A stretch of DNA of 64,000 bases from Elainellaceae cyanobacterium (GTDB taxonomy: Bacteria > Cyanobacteriota > Cyanobacteriia > CAZCXK01): NCBI GenBank assembly GCA_051117555.1, contig JBNPEG010000048.1, forward strand, positions 72,267 to 136,266. The letters are read 5' to 3'. Position numbers and translations under genes: made by a program. Shown here piece after piece: positions 42,628-53,568 of this stretch; position 1 is the stretch's first letter, and the number at the start of each line of letters is the position of its first letter. The notes beneath the pieces were generated by a model. That model ran no database searches. It saw nothing but the letters and a program-made list of their open reading frames with translations, and had not been told where the DNA came from.

Positions 42628-42728
42628 TACCAATTCTTCAAAGTAAGACTACAGATGAACAGGCCAGAACCCTTATAAGGCTGGTTGCCGTCAATCCAAA
42701 ATCGCAAATCCAAAATCGAGAATTGGCA
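42628..42728 (+). mobile_element. MITE family A copy 3
   Basis: TACCAATTCT...AGAATTGGCA flanked by TAA/TAA. Confidence 0.85.
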
Positions 42729-42734
42729 TAACCT

Positions 42735-44105
42735 ATGCGGCGATCGCTTGCCCGACTCAGAGCATTGAGTGCATTCAGAGCGCTGCCCGCCTCTGATTTA
42801 GGGCACTCTCTTGCGAAAGGCGCCGGAATTGCTCTGCTTGCACAAGTTTTAGGAGTCGGTATCGGCTATGGGACTCAGCTTTTGCTAACTCGGTGGATGG
42901 GCGCTAGCGGCTACGGAGCATACGACTTTTCTATTACATTAGGGAATTTTCTTGCCTTTCTAGCCGGATTTGGATTACCCAAAGTGCTGTTGCGGTTCAT
43001 TCCGGTATATATCATCACGCAAGACTGGAACCGCTTGCAGGGCATCATCTGGGGAAGCTGGTGGCAAACCTGCATCAATGGATTATTGCTTGCCGCTGTG
43101 GGTACGGTGTGTGTACACTGGCTCGATGCTCAAATTGGCGTTTCCTATGCCGTCTTGATCATCGCAGGACTATGGACGGTGCCCCTACAAGCTCTGATGA
43201 ATTTGCATGTTGAAATGAGTCGGGGGATTGAGCGCATCGGGCTCGCCTATATGCCGTGGTTAGTGGCGTGGCCGCTTTTGCTGCTCGTGGGGGCGATCGC
43301 CTGGCGGCAAACCGGGCAGGTTTTAACGGGTATCTCAGCGATCGCGCTTTCGATGGGAGCATTGGCGATCGCCATCGGTATTCAGCTCTGGCGGTTTCGC
43401 CACCACGTCTCGACTCAACTTCGCAGCGTTTCCCCAACTTTTGATATTCGTCTATGGTTGATGACGGCATTGCCCCTAATCTTCATCGATGGTTCGTCTG
43501 TGATTTTGAACCAAACCGATATCCTCATGCTGGGGTCATTATCAGGCACCCAAGCCGTCGGAATCTACAGTGCAGCGCTGAAAACAGCAAGCTGGGTGAG
43601 CGTAGTCCTGGTTGCAGTCAATGCGATCGCGGCTCCTAATTTTGCCAAGCTGTATGCCCAAGGCGATCGGCAGATGTTGCAGAAAGTTGTTTCGACCGTT
43701 GCGTATTGGATTTTTATTCCAGCCTTCATCCTGACCCTCGGACTGATCGTCTTTGCGGTGCCGATTTTGCAATGGTTTGGAGACGAGTTTGAAGTCGCAC
43801 GCTGGTCGCTGATCGCGTTGGCAATCGGGCAGTTAGTTAATGTAGGGTCTGGCTCAGTGGGCTATTTGATGATGATGACGGGGCACCAAAATCAAATGGC
43901 GCAAGTGTTTGCAGCAAGCGCTGTCGTGAATTTGGTGCTGAATGCGATCGCCATTCCCCACATCGGTATCTTGGGAGCATCATTAGCGACGGCCTTTTCA
44001 ATGTCGCTATGGAACCTCTGGCTATATGCTCTGGTGGTAAAACACGTTGGGGTTCGTCCTTCAATCTGGGCAGCATTGCGACGCCGTGCAAATCTGTCAA
44101 CGTAG
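42735..44105 (+). CDS. Oligosaccharide flippase (Wzx/MOP family)
   Basis: Multi-TM; LTRWMGASGYG, TDILMLG..AVGIYSAA, LNAIAIPHIGILGASLAT. Confidence 0.88.
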   Translation: MRRSLARLRALSAFRALPASDLGHSLAKGAGIALLAQVLGVGIGYGTQLLLTRWMGASGYGAYDFSITLGNFLAFLAGFGLPKVLLRFIPVYIITQDWNRLQGIIWGSWWQTCINGLLLAAVGTVCVHWLDAQIGVSYAVLIIAGLWTVPLQALMNLHVEMSRGIERIGLAYMPWLVAWPLLLLVGAIAWRQTGQVLTGISAIALSMGALAIAIGIQLWRFRHHVSTQLRSVSPTFDIRLWLMTALPLIFIDGSSVILNQTDILMLGSLSGTQAVGIYSAALKTASWVSVVLVAVNAIAAPNFAKLYAQGDRQMLQKVVSTVAYWIFIPAFILTLGLIVFAVPILQWFGDEFEVARWSLIALAIGQLVNVGSGSVGYLMMMTGHQNQMAQVFAASAVVNLVLNAIAIPHIGILGASLATAFSMSLWNLWLYALVVKHVGVRPSIWAALRRRANLST

Positions 44106-44291
44106 CAGACAAACGACGTATAGCCCTACCGTCTTAGATTTGTGGCTTAGAACGCAGCGAGGGGATTCTACCCACGTTCAACGTCCTAATATTACAGCGC
44201 AAGGTCGTGTATCACTGCTGCTGGATAGCTTCAGATCAGGGTAAAAAGAGCTAACCATTACCAAAACAGCGGACGTTTCATACCCATAGTG

Positions 44292-44370
44292 TGAGCGTCT
44301 CGATCACCGCGGGCAAGATGCCTTTCACTGGATGAGCGTCTCGATCACCGCGGGCAAGATGCCCGCACTG
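44292..44370. repeat. 41-bp tandem REP-like duplication
   Basis: TGAGCGTCTCGATCACCGCGGGCAAGATGCC x2; same hairpin as inside the 18069 MITE. Confidence 0.8.
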
Positions 44371-44765
44371 TCAATGATTGGCTTATTTCTGTCCAGTCAA
44401 GCGTAAATATACGCAAAACCCGGATGCGCTCAATCAGATTTGCATCAGATTTGCATATATTCACGCTTGACAAAATCATCAATTAAATTTTCTTGAAACC
44501 GCGATTAAGCGTGGTTGAAAATGTTGAACTATACTCTTAAAAATGTGCTTTATTTGTATAGCAACAGGTCATTTTCTAGGCGTTAATTTTTTTGCAAATA
44601 GCTCTCTATTTGTGCATAATTTGATTGGGCATTTGATATTAAAATTTGCTCTGAAAATAGATTTTCAGCCCTGGAATGCTGAGGCTTCAGCATAAACGGG
44701 TGGTATTAAATTGAAATATTTGTGGTGCTAATTTATCGAGTCTCGAATCGAGATGAAAAAGTCAT

Positions 44766-47700
44766 ATGTCAATTTTCTCCACTCTTGCAAAGTGCAGCGA
44801 TATCTGCATTCACGAATGGTTTGAGGTCAACGCCGCCGAGACTCCCGATGCGATCGCCCTTGTCTTTGAAAACACCCATCTGACTTATCAAGAGCTCAAT
44901 CAGCGTGCAAATTGTCTAGCTCACTATTTACGCCGATTAAATGTTGGTCCAGACGTATTAGTTGGTTTGCATTTTGAGCGATCGCTCGAAATGATGATCG
45001 GGTTACTTGCCATCTTTAAAGCTGGGGGTGCCTATGTGCCCTTTGACCCTGCTTATCCTGACGAACGATTAGCGCTGATGCTGAGTGATTCTCAGATTTC
45101 TGTCATGCTCAGCCAGCAGCATCCTGCATCGTGGTTTTCGACGTGTTCTATCCCCGTAGTTTGTTTAGAAACTGATTGGGACACTATTATTCAGGAACCT
45201 GCCCAAAATCCTGAACCACTGGCAACACCTGATAATCTGGCGTATGTCATTTACACATCGGGTTCAACCGGAACGCCCAAAGGCGTGATGATTGAACATG
45301 CATCATTAGTCAATTTTGTGCGAGATGCGGGTGATGCGTATGGTATTGTGGCGAGCGATCGCATCCTGCAATTCTCATCCATTAATTTTGATCAAGCGAC
45401 AGAAGAAATCTTCATCACCCTCGCGCGGGGGGCGACGCTTGTACTGCGTACCCCCGACATGATGCATTCGGTTCCTTCATTTTTCAAGGCGTGCGATGAC
45501 TTTGAGCTAACGGTTTTAGATCTTCCTACTGCTTTCTGGCACAAACTCTGTGGTGGACTCTCAACAGCCCGCTTTCCAGAAACGGTGCGGCTAATGCTCA
45601 TTGGAGGGGAACGGGCGCTACCTCGATGGTTCAATATCTGGAAGACCTATGTGAGCCCAGAGGTGAAACTAATTAATACCTATGGCCCGACCGAATCAAC
45701 TATCGTTGCCACCTGGTGCAATTTAGTTGGAGAAAACGCCGTTCACATTGATAACGATGTGATTCCCATCGGAAAACCGCTCCCAAATGTTCAAACCTAT
45801 GTTCTTGATGTGGACATGCAACCGGTTCGAGTGGGTGAAATAGGTGAGCTCTACATCGGGGGGACAGGGCTGGCACGCGGCTATCTCAATCGTCCTCAAT
45901 TGACGGCAGAACGGTTTGTGTATGTCAGCATCAATGGCAACTCTCCCGTTCGAGTCTACAAGACAGGCGATTTAGTGCAATATCGCCCAGATGGTCATTT
46001 AGAATTCCTTGATCGGAGCGATCGCCAAGAAAAAATTCGCGGTTTTCGCGTCGAGTTGCGAGAAATTGAAACCGTGCTTGCTCAACATACTGCGGTGCAA
46101 CAAGCCGTTGTCGTGGCTAGAGATGATGCCTCAGGAGACAAACATCTCATTGCCTATGTCATCCAAGATTTGCATGATAGGAAACACCTAGATGGCGCTA
46201 ATCGCTCTCAACTCGAAGCAGAACAAATCAACCAATGGCGGTTCATTCACAATGACGACCATTTGAATCCTGCTAAATCAGGATGGGATAACACATTTAA
46301 TATCAGCGGATGGGTTAGTACCTATACAAATTCTCTCATTCCTGACCGTGAGATGCATGAGTGGGTTGATAACACGGTCGAGCGAATTCTGGCACTTCAG
46401 CCCCGACAGGTTTTAGAAATTGGCTGTGGTACAGGTCTACTTCTCTTTCGCATTGCGCCGTTCTGCACCCACTATGTAGGCACTGATTTCTCAGAGGCTG
46501 CGTTGAAGTATATCAACCAGCAGCTCAACCAGTCTTCGATAAACCTGCCCCAGGTCGTCCTTGAAAAACGAATTGCAGATAACTTTGAAGGACTAACCCC
46601 TCAATCATTTGATACCCTCATCATCAACTCGGTTATTCAATATTTTCCAAGTATTGACTATCTCCTCAGCGTCATTAAACAGGCCGTCGAGGTTGTGAAA
46701 CCCGGAGGCATGATCTTTATTGGAGATATTCGCAACTATGCATTGCAAGAAGTATTTGCTGCCTCAGTCGAGATGTTTCAGGCACCGAGTGACCTGCCAA
46801 TCGATGCCCTTTGCGATCGCATCCAAAAAAGGCTCGATTTGGAAGGTGAACTCACGGTAGATCCTCAATTTTTTACGGCCCTTCAACATCATCTACCTCA
46901 AATCACCCACGTCCAAGTGGTGTTGAAGCGTGGGACGTTTGAGAATGAACTGACTCAGTTTCGATATGATGCCATCTTGCACATTAGTTCTGAATCAACC
47001 ACGCTGGTCGAATATCCTTCGTTGGATTGGCAACAGCAACGATTCACGGTTACAGCATTACGTCAACGCTTGGTGGACACGTGCCCATTAGTCTTAAGCA
47101 TTCACAATGTCCCGAATGCAAGAGTCCTGCCTGCGGTTAGAGCATTGCAATTGCTCAACCAGTCTCCCCGCCCAACCACAGTAGAAGAATTGCGGCAAGC
47201 TCACGCACAGATCGATCAGTCCGAGGGTGTAGACCCAGAAGAGGTGTGGAAACTCTCTCAAGATTTGCCCTACGACATGACCGTAAACTGGTTAAAAGGG
47301 GCAGCCGATGGGCATTACGATATTTTGCTCAAACGGCGATCGCCCACTTCTGAGCCTAGCCCGTTACCCATCGAATTAGTTCACCCCTACACTGTTCGCT
47401 TACACGAGTCTTGGCAATCCTATGCCAATAATCCACTCAAAGAAAAAGCAGCACACCAGCTTTCTCGACAGCTTCGTTCCTATTTGCAGCAGCGGCTACC
47501 TGACTACATGGTGCCTTCGGCATTCGTGGCGATCGCCTCTCTGCCACTCACCCCAAACGGCAAAGTCGATATAAAAGCTCTGCCTTCACCAAGCAATATT
47601 CGACCCAGATTAGATGGCAGAGTTGTCCCACCAAACACTCCACTAGAGCGAGAACTTGCAGTTATTTGGTCAACTGTTTTAGACATTGAAGAGATTGGAA

Positions 47701-49085
47701 TTACGGATGATTTTTTTGAGTTGGGGGGCAACTCGCTTCGCCTAATGGATCTCATGTCTCAAGTTGAGCAGACCTGTCAAATCGCACTATCCCTCGATGA
47801 GTTCTTTAAGGCGCCTACGATCAGCGGTCTGGCTCAGCAGATTCAGCAAACCGATGCTCTTACTAGTTCTGCCCTGCACAACCGAGTAACGGTGCAAGAG
47901 CTACTCGTCGAAGCAACTCTCGATTTCACAATCAATACTCCGGTTGCCGATCAAACCCGCTGGACTCATCCCCAGTCAATTCTCCTCACGGGAGCAACAG
48001 GCTTTATTGGGATGTCTATCCTTTTCGAACTCTTAAATAAGACAGACGCAACGATTTACTGTCTGATTCGTGCTCAAAACCTGACGGACGCGTATCAAAA
48101 GCTCCGCCAAATTTCTACAAAATACCAACTTGATTCAACCCAGTTCTATCCTCGCATTGTTCCCGTTATTGGCAATCTCACCCAACCTCTACTCGGATTA
48201 TCCAGAGACAAGTTTCAAGCATTAGCAGCCACCGTTGATGTGATTTATCACGGTGCCGCTAACGTCAACCTGGTTCTTCCCTATGCGGCTCTAAAGGCCG
48301 TTAATGTTGTGGGAACAAAATCTATCTTGTCATTTGCGAACCATGTCAAACTCAAACCCGTCCATTTCATGTCGACATTAGATGTCTTTGAGGCACGAAT
48401 GGCAATGAGTAACACGACTATTTTTGAACATGATGCGATCGCCCCCACCGCCTCGATTGCGCGAGACTATCAAATCACTGGGGGCTATGCTCAAAGCAAA
48501 TGGGTTGCCGAACAGCTCGTCTCCCAGGCAGGACAGGCGGGGTTGCCAGTTTGCATTTATCGACTGGGAATGATTAGCGGCAACCAACACACCGGAATTT
48601 GCAATGTAGGAGATTTGTTATGTCGATTGCTCAAAAGTTTTATTGAACTCAAGGCGGCTCCCCAAATTGACTTGAATCTTGATATGACTCCAGTTGATTA
48701 CGTCAGCCAGGCGACCGTTCATTTGTCTCGACAGCTCACATCGTTTGGTCAATCCTTTCATCTCGTTAATCCGACCCCCGTCCCACTCGACCAAATCCTT
48801 CAACAAATGAATAATTTGGGCTATGCTATCAAGCGGGTGCCCTATGAGCGATGGGAAGTCATGATTCAGGAGACTCGCAATGCACTTGGCCCCTTAGCCA
48901 CTACGATAACCGACCCAATCCAAGAGCATCAGATCAGTCGATTAGAGGGCTGGCTCGCAGGGAGCCAACTATTCGATTGTCAGCAGACGCTCTCGGCGCT
49001 AAATGGCAGTAGAATCATATGCCCTACCGTTGATAATGCTTTGTTGCATAAGTATATTTCCAATATCGTCGGAACCTATGCCTAA
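44766..49085 (+). CDS. Monomodular NRPS-like enzyme: adenylation, embedded methyltransferase, PCP, thioester reductase
   Basis: YVIYTSGSTGTPKG, NTYGPTE, GELYIGG.GLARGY, YKTGD; MT VLEIGCGTG; PLTPNGKVD; PCP FFELGGNSL; R TGATGFIG, GYAQSKWVAE; no C domain. Confidence 0.93.
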   Translation: MSIFSTLAKCSDICIHEWFEVNAAETPDAIALVFENTHLTYQELNQRANCLAHYLRRLNVGPDVLVGLHFERSLEMMIGLLAIFKAGGAYVPFDPAYPDERLALMLSDSQISVMLSQQHPASWFSTCSIPVVCLETDWDTIIQEPAQNPEPLATPDNLAYVIYTSGSTGTPKGVMIEHASLVNFVRDAGDAYGIVASDRILQFSSINFDQATEEIFITLARGATLVLRTPDMMHSVPSFFKACDDFELTVLDLPTAFWHKLCGGLSTARFPETVRLMLIGGERALPRWFNIWKTYVSPEVKLINTYGPTESTIVATWCNLVGENAVHIDNDVIPIGKPLPNVQTYVLDVDMQPVRVGEIGELYIGGTGLARGYLNRPQLTAERFVYVSINGNSPVRVYKTGDLVQYRPDGHLEFLDRSDRQEKIRGFRVELREIETVLAQHTAVQQAVVVARDDASGDKHLIAYVIQDLHDRKHLDGANRSQLEAEQINQWRFIHNDDHLNPAKSGWDNTFNISGWVSTYTNSLIPDREMHEWVDNTVERILALQPRQVLEIGCGTGLLLFRIAPFCTHYVGTDFSEAALKYINQQLNQSSINLPQVVLEKRIADNFEGLTPQSFDTLIINSVIQYFPSIDYLLSVIKQAVEVVKPGGMIFIGDIRNYALQEVFAASVEMFQAPSDLPIDALCDRIQKRLDLEGELTVDPQFFTALQHHLPQITHVQVVLKRGTFENELTQFRYDAILHISSESTTLVEYPSLDWQQQRFTVTALRQRLVDTCPLVLSIHNVPNARVLPAVRALQLLNQSPRPTTVEELRQAHAQIDQSEGVDPEEVWKLSQDLPYDMTVNWLKGAADGHYDILLKRRSPTSEPSPLPIELVHPYTVRLHESWQSYANNPLKEKAAHQLSRQLRSYLQQRLPDYMVPSAFVAIASLPLTPNGKVDIKALPSPSNIRPRLDGRVVPPNTPLERELAVIWSTVLDIEEIGITDDFFELGGNSLRLMDLMSQVEQTCQIALSLDEFFKAPTISGLAQQIQQTDALTSSALHNRVTVQELLVEATLDFTINTPVADQTRWTHPQSILLTGATGFIGMSILFELLNKTDATIYCLIRAQNLTDAYQKLRQISTKYQLDSTQFYPRIVPVIGNLTQPLLGLSRDKFQALAATVDVIYHGAANVNLVLPYAALKAVNVVGTKSILSFANHVKLKPVHFMSTLDVFEARMAMSNTTIFEHDAIAPTASIARDYQITGGYAQSKWVAEQLVSQAGQAGLPVCIYRLGMISGNQHTGICNVGDLLCRLLKSFIELKAAPQIDLNLDMTPVDYVSQATVHLSRQLTSFGQSFHLVNPTPVPLDQILQQMNNLGYAIKRVPYERWEVMIQETRNALGPLATTITDPIQEHQISRLEGWLAGSQLFDCQQTLSALNGSRIICPTVDNALLHKYISNIVGTYA

Positions 49086-49235
49086 GATTGGATGGTGCTG
49101 ATATGTCTAATCATTGTTAACAATGTTCTCGGTCGGGGCATCTTGTGTACAAGACCATGAATTTTTCTCTGTTCCATATACTTTAAGGAACAAAAGTTAT
49201 CTCAGCCCCACCGTCTTGATTCAAAGTCCCAAGCG

Positions 49236-52097
49236 ATGATGATCCCTAGAAGTAAACGCCATCCGCATTCTAAAGGAATTCCCTTAAGCTTTGTCTTGGT
49301 CGTGCCATTTGTGTTACAGATTTTTGCCACGGTAGGAATCGTAGGCTATTTGTCCTTTAAAAATGGACAAGAAGCGGTCAATCGCCTAGCCATGCGCCTC
49401 AGTTCTGAAGTGGGCGATCGCGTCGAGCAACATCTTGATAATTATCTAGAACTTCCTCATAAGCTGGCCCAAATCGATGTAGATGCTCTAGAAAACGGAA
49501 TACTCGACATCCGCAACTTTCAAACCAATGGACGCTATTTCTGGAAGCAAGCAAGCATCTACAAAAACATTGCCTTTGTGGGCTACTATCTCGAAACCGG
49601 AGAAGGAGTTGCGGCTCAACGCTGGCCCCCTGAATCTGGCGTTTCTATCGTTGAACATTCGCTAGTCACTGGCAAAGATTATAACTACGCAACTGACTCT
49701 CAGGGCAATCGAACCACGCTAATAGATGCAACCGAATATTACGCGCCAGAAGATGATTGGTATATCGATGCCGTCAAGGCAGGCAGACAAACTTGGAGCA
49801 GTATCTATACCGCAGATGGGTTTGAGGGCTATGTCGCGGCTTCCGCAGTTCGTCCCATTTATAGTCAGGACAACAAATTGCTGGGTGCTCTTAGCGTCGA
49901 TTTGCTTCTCAGTGATATTAGTGACTTCCTCTATACGTTAGATATTAGCCCAAACGGAAAGGTCTTTATCATTGAGCGAGATGGGTTACTCATTGGCAAT
50001 TCGAGTCTCAATGCAACGTACGATATTGTTAATGGCGAAACTCAGAGGCTTACGGCTCTAAATAGCTCTGACAGCTACATTCGAGCAACTGCACAGTATC
50101 TAGAGCAGCAGTTTGGTGGTTTTGAGGCAATCGAAACCCAGCAGATTTTAGAATTCTCTCTCAATAACGAGCGGCAATTCGTTCAGGTTTCTCCTTGGCA
50201 AGATGAATACGGGCTAGATTGGCTAGTCATTGTCACCATTCCTGAATCTGATTTCATGGCTCAGATTAATGCAAATACCCAGACAACTATTCTTCTCTGC
50301 GTGGGGGCATTGTTCATCGCAACCGGATTAGGAATCCTAACAGCCCGCCGGATTACCCGCCCCGTCTCTACTCTGAGTCGGGCAAGTCAGGCAATTGCGA
50401 GCGGTGATTTAAACCAAAACCTTCAAGAAAAGGGCATTCGAGAACTGCGCATTTTGTCTCAATCATTTAATCGAATGGCGCAGCAGCTCAGAGATTCCTT
50501 CGATCACTTAGAAAATCGAGTCGTGCAGCGCACCTCTGAACTTGCCGAAGCAACACAAGTAGCAGAGAAGGCTAAGGAAGCGGCACTGGTTGCCAACCAA
50601 GCCAAAAGTGAATTTTTAGCGAATATGAGTCATGAGCTGAGAACTCCTCTCAGTGGAATTTTGGGGTATGCCCAAATTCTCCAGCGTTCAACGAGCCTGA
50701 GTGAACAGGAGTTACGAGGAATCACCACTATTCAAAACTGTGGCGCTCATTTACTAACACTAATCAATGATGTTCTCGACCTTTCCAAAATCGAAGCCAG
50801 GAAAATGGAGCTCTATCCGACTGATTTCCATTTTCCGTCTTTCCTGGAAGGAATCGCTGATATTTTTCGACTTCGCGCGATCGAAAAAAATATTCAGTTT
50901 ATATTTAGCCCTTCACCCGATCTACCGATGGGGATTTATGCTGATGAAAAGCGATTACGGCAAGTCTTGATCAATCTCCTAGGTAATGCAATAAAGTTCA
51001 CAGAGGGGGGTAAGGTCCACTTTAGGGTTGAGGTTATTCAGAAGTATCCAACGGGCGATCGCATAAAAGAAAATCATTCAGAACTAAATAATTCATTTGA
51101 CCGATCACCCCAAATCTTCAAAATTCGTTTCCAAGTTGAAGACACTGGCATCGGAATGAATCCCGAACAACTTGAGAAAATTTTCTTGCCATTCGAACAG
51201 GTTGGCACTGATAGACATAGTGCCGAAGGAACTGGGCTAGGATTAGCGATTAGTCAAAAAATCGCTCAATCGATGGAAAGTAAAATCCAAGTGAAAAGCC
51301 AGCCAGGAAAGGGAAGCATATTTTGGATGGAGATAAGCTTACCCGAAGCTGCCGATTGGATGCAATTCAATGCTATAAAAGAACCCAATAAAATAATCAA
51401 ATATCACGGCGAGCAGCGACGGATTCTTGTAGTCGATGACAATAAAGAAAATCGTCAGGTTATCAGTGAGTTGCTAACATCAACTGGGTTTAGGGTAGAG
51501 GAAGCAGTTGATGGCAAAGAAGGTTTAGAGGTGATGTCATCATTTCACCCTGACTTACTGATTCTAGATCTGGCAATGCCGAATATCAATGGCTTTGACA
51601 TGATGCAAATATTACGCAAGTCAGAGGAATTTAAAGATATACCGATCTTAATTTCTTCCGCACATGTTTCTCCTCAAGATCAGCTAAAAAGTCATCAGTG
51701 GGGGGCGACTGATTTTCTTCCCAAACCGGTACAGTCAGACGAGCTTTTCCAGAAGTTACAACACTATCTAAATTTAGAATGGATTTATGAAACCACATCG
51801 CCTAATAGTGGCGATGCACTAAATGAGCAGTTTAATTGCGCGTCGGTCTTTAATACAGGTATCGGCTTTCAACACGCCAATGATTGCAACTTTAATATGA
51901 TTATCCCGTCGGATGATGTGATCGAATATCTATATAACTTGGCAAAGATGGGAAATCTAAATAGAATCCTTGAGCAAACAGAGAAATTAGAAACTACAGA
52001 CAAAAAATTTAGCTCCTTTGCTGTTCAGTTGCGTCGTTTTGCAGAAGAATTTCAAGAAAAAGAGCTATTAGAGTTTATCAGCCAATACCGACGGTAA
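49236..52097 (+). CDS. Hybrid sensor histidine kinase (dCache-HAMP-HisKA-HATPase-REC)
   Basis: 2 TMs, [36 protein letters not shown]. Confidence 0.93.
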   Translation: MMIPRSKRHPHSKGIPLSFVLVVPFVLQIFATVGIVGYLSFKNGQEAVNRLAMRLSSEVGDRVEQHLDNYLELPHKLAQIDVDALENGILDIRNFQTNGRYFWKQASIYKNIAFVGYYLETGEGVAAQRWPPESGVSIVEHSLVTGKDYNYATDSQGNRTTLIDATEYYAPEDDWYIDAVKAGRQTWSSIYTADGFEGYVAASAVRPIYSQDNKLLGALSVDLLLSDISDFLYTLDISPNGKVFIIERDGLLIGNSSLNATYDIVNGETQRLTALNSSDSYIRATAQYLEQQFGGFEAIETQQILEFSLNNERQFVQVSPWQDEYGLDWLVIVTIPESDFMAQINANTQTTILLCVGALFIATGLGILTARRITRPVSTLSRASQAIASGDLNQNLQEKGIRELRILSQSFNRMAQQLRDSFDHLENRVVQRTSELAEATQVAEKAKEAALVANQAKSEFLANMSHELRTPLSGILGYAQILQRSTSLSEQELRGITTIQNCGAHLLTLINDVLDLSKIEARKMELYPTDFHFPSFLEGIADIFRLRAIEKNIQFIFSPSPDLPMGIYADEKRLRQVLINLLGNAIKFTEGGKVHFRVEVIQKYPTGDRIKENHSELNNSFDRSPQIFKIRFQVEDTGIGMNPEQLEKIFLPFEQVGTDRHSAEGTGLGLAISQKIAQSMESKIQVKSQPGKGSIFWMEISLPEAADWMQFNAIKEPNKIIKYHGEQRRILVVDDNKENRQVISELLTSTGFRVEEAVDGKEGLEVMSSFHPDLLILDLAMPNINGFDMMQILRKSEEFKDIPILISSAHVSPQDQLKSHQWGATDFLPKPVQSDELFQKLQHYLNLEWIYETTSPNSGDALNEQFNCASVFNTGIGFQHANDCNFNMIIPSDDVIEYLYNLAKMGNLNRILEQTEKLETTDKKFSSFAVQLRRFAEEFQEKELLEFISQYRR

Positions 52098-52103
52098 ACA
52101 ATC

Positions 52104-53417
52104 GTGGATTTTCAACCCCAAAAATCAAACACGCTTCTGGTTGTCGATGATAATCCCGATAACTTAAGAGTCCTTTCTCAATTTTTAGGTCAGTCAGATT
52201 ATGAAGTTCTAGTTGCACGAGATGGGGAAACTGCCATTCGACGAGCGGAATATGCGTCTCCTCAGTTAATCTTATTAGACGTCATGATGTCGGGCATTGA
52301 TGGGTTTGAAACGTGTCGTCGGCTCAAGTCAAATCCGGCAACTCAACATATTCCGGTTATTTTTGTGACGGCTCTTTCTGAAACGGTAGATCGAGTTAAG
52401 GGGCTGTCGTTAGGAGCAGTTGATTTTATTACTAAGCCTTTCCAGCATGATGAGATTTTAGCAAGGATTCATGTACATTTAAGGCTTCGTCAATTAAATC
52501 ATGCCCTCGAAGAAAAAAATTCTCTTTTGCAAAATGAAATCATCAAGCGTGCCAAAGCTCAGGCTTCGCTTAGGCAAGCACTTGAAGATCTTAAATATGC
52601 TCAGGCGCAGATTGTTCAGAGCGAGAAAATGTCGAGCTTAGGTCGAATGGTAGCTGGAATCGCCCATGAAATTAATAATCCAGTTCACGTGGTTCAGGGT
52701 AATCTTTTCCATATCAATTCATATGTCCACAACTTGCTAGACCTGCTGCATCTTTATAAAAAGATGTGTTCGTCACCTGAAATTGAGGAAAAGGCGAAAA
52801 GTATTGATCTGGACTTTATCTTGGAAGATCTACCTCAAGTATTTAGATCAATGGAAATAGCAGGACAACGGATCACCGATATTGTTCAGAATTTGAAGAG
52901 GTTCTCTCATTTAGACCAATCTGAAAAGAAGCTTGCAAATCTCCATAGTGGGTTAGATGATACATTATTTCTGCTAAGAAGCCGCTTGAAATCTTATGAT
53001 ACCCGCCGCGAGATTCAGGTGATTAAAGAATATGGTGCGCTGCCGGATATTGAGTGTTATCCAGGGCTACTCAATCAAGTGTTTATGAACATTCTCGATA
53101 ATGCTATTAGTGCACTAAGAACACAGGAGAATAAAACAGGTCATAAAGATAGCTTATTTTATCCCCAGATTAGGATTCGAACCGATGTTCAAGAGGGATG
53201 GGTAATTATTCGAATTCGTGACAACGGCACTGGAATCAACTCAGATATTCAATCGAAGCTGTTTGATCCCTTCTTTACTACGAAGCCTGTCGGAGAAGGA
53301 ACAGGACTTGGACTATCAGTGAGCTATCAGATCATCGTCGAAAAGCACCAAGGACAATTAAAATGTCACTCTTTTCCGGATGAAGGGACAGAATTTGTCA
53401 TTGAAATTCCGATGTGA
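52104..53417 (+). CDS. Hybrid REC-histidine kinase
   Basis: N-terminal REC (VDD, LDVMM, KP), AHEINNP, DPFFTTKPVGEGTGLGL; 6 bp after the upstream kinase. Confidence 0.92.
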   Translation: MDFQPQKSNTLLVVDDNPDNLRVLSQFLGQSDYEVLVARDGETAIRRAEYASPQLILLDVMMSGIDGFETCRRLKSNPATQHIPVIFVTALSETVDRVKGLSLGAVDFITKPFQHDEILARIHVHLRLRQLNHALEEKNSLLQNEIIKRAKAQASLRQALEDLKYAQAQIVQSEKMSSLGRMVAGIAHEINNPVHVVQGNLFHINSYVHNLLDLLHLYKKMCSSPEIEEKAKSIDLDFILEDLPQVFRSMEIAGQRITDIVQNLKRFSHLDQSEKKLANLHSGLDDTLFLLRSRLKSYDTRREIQVIKEYGALPDIECYPGLLNQVFMNILDNAISALRTQENKTGHKDSLFYPQIRIRTDVQEGWVIIRIRDNGTGINSDIQSKLFDPFFTTKPVGEGTGLGLSVSYQIIVEKHQGQLKCHSFPDEGTEFVIEIPM

Positions 53418-53568
53418 TGGTGTCCAGTCATCAAGACGATGTATCTCGTATTCCTAAATTATATGAAACATCGTTCCTTTTTTAATTTCCCTCTTTGAAA
53501 TTAATTGTTTTCCAATGGATGTAGTGTGAGTAGTATTAATCAAGTCGTTAGTCTCTCTCAACCGACGT

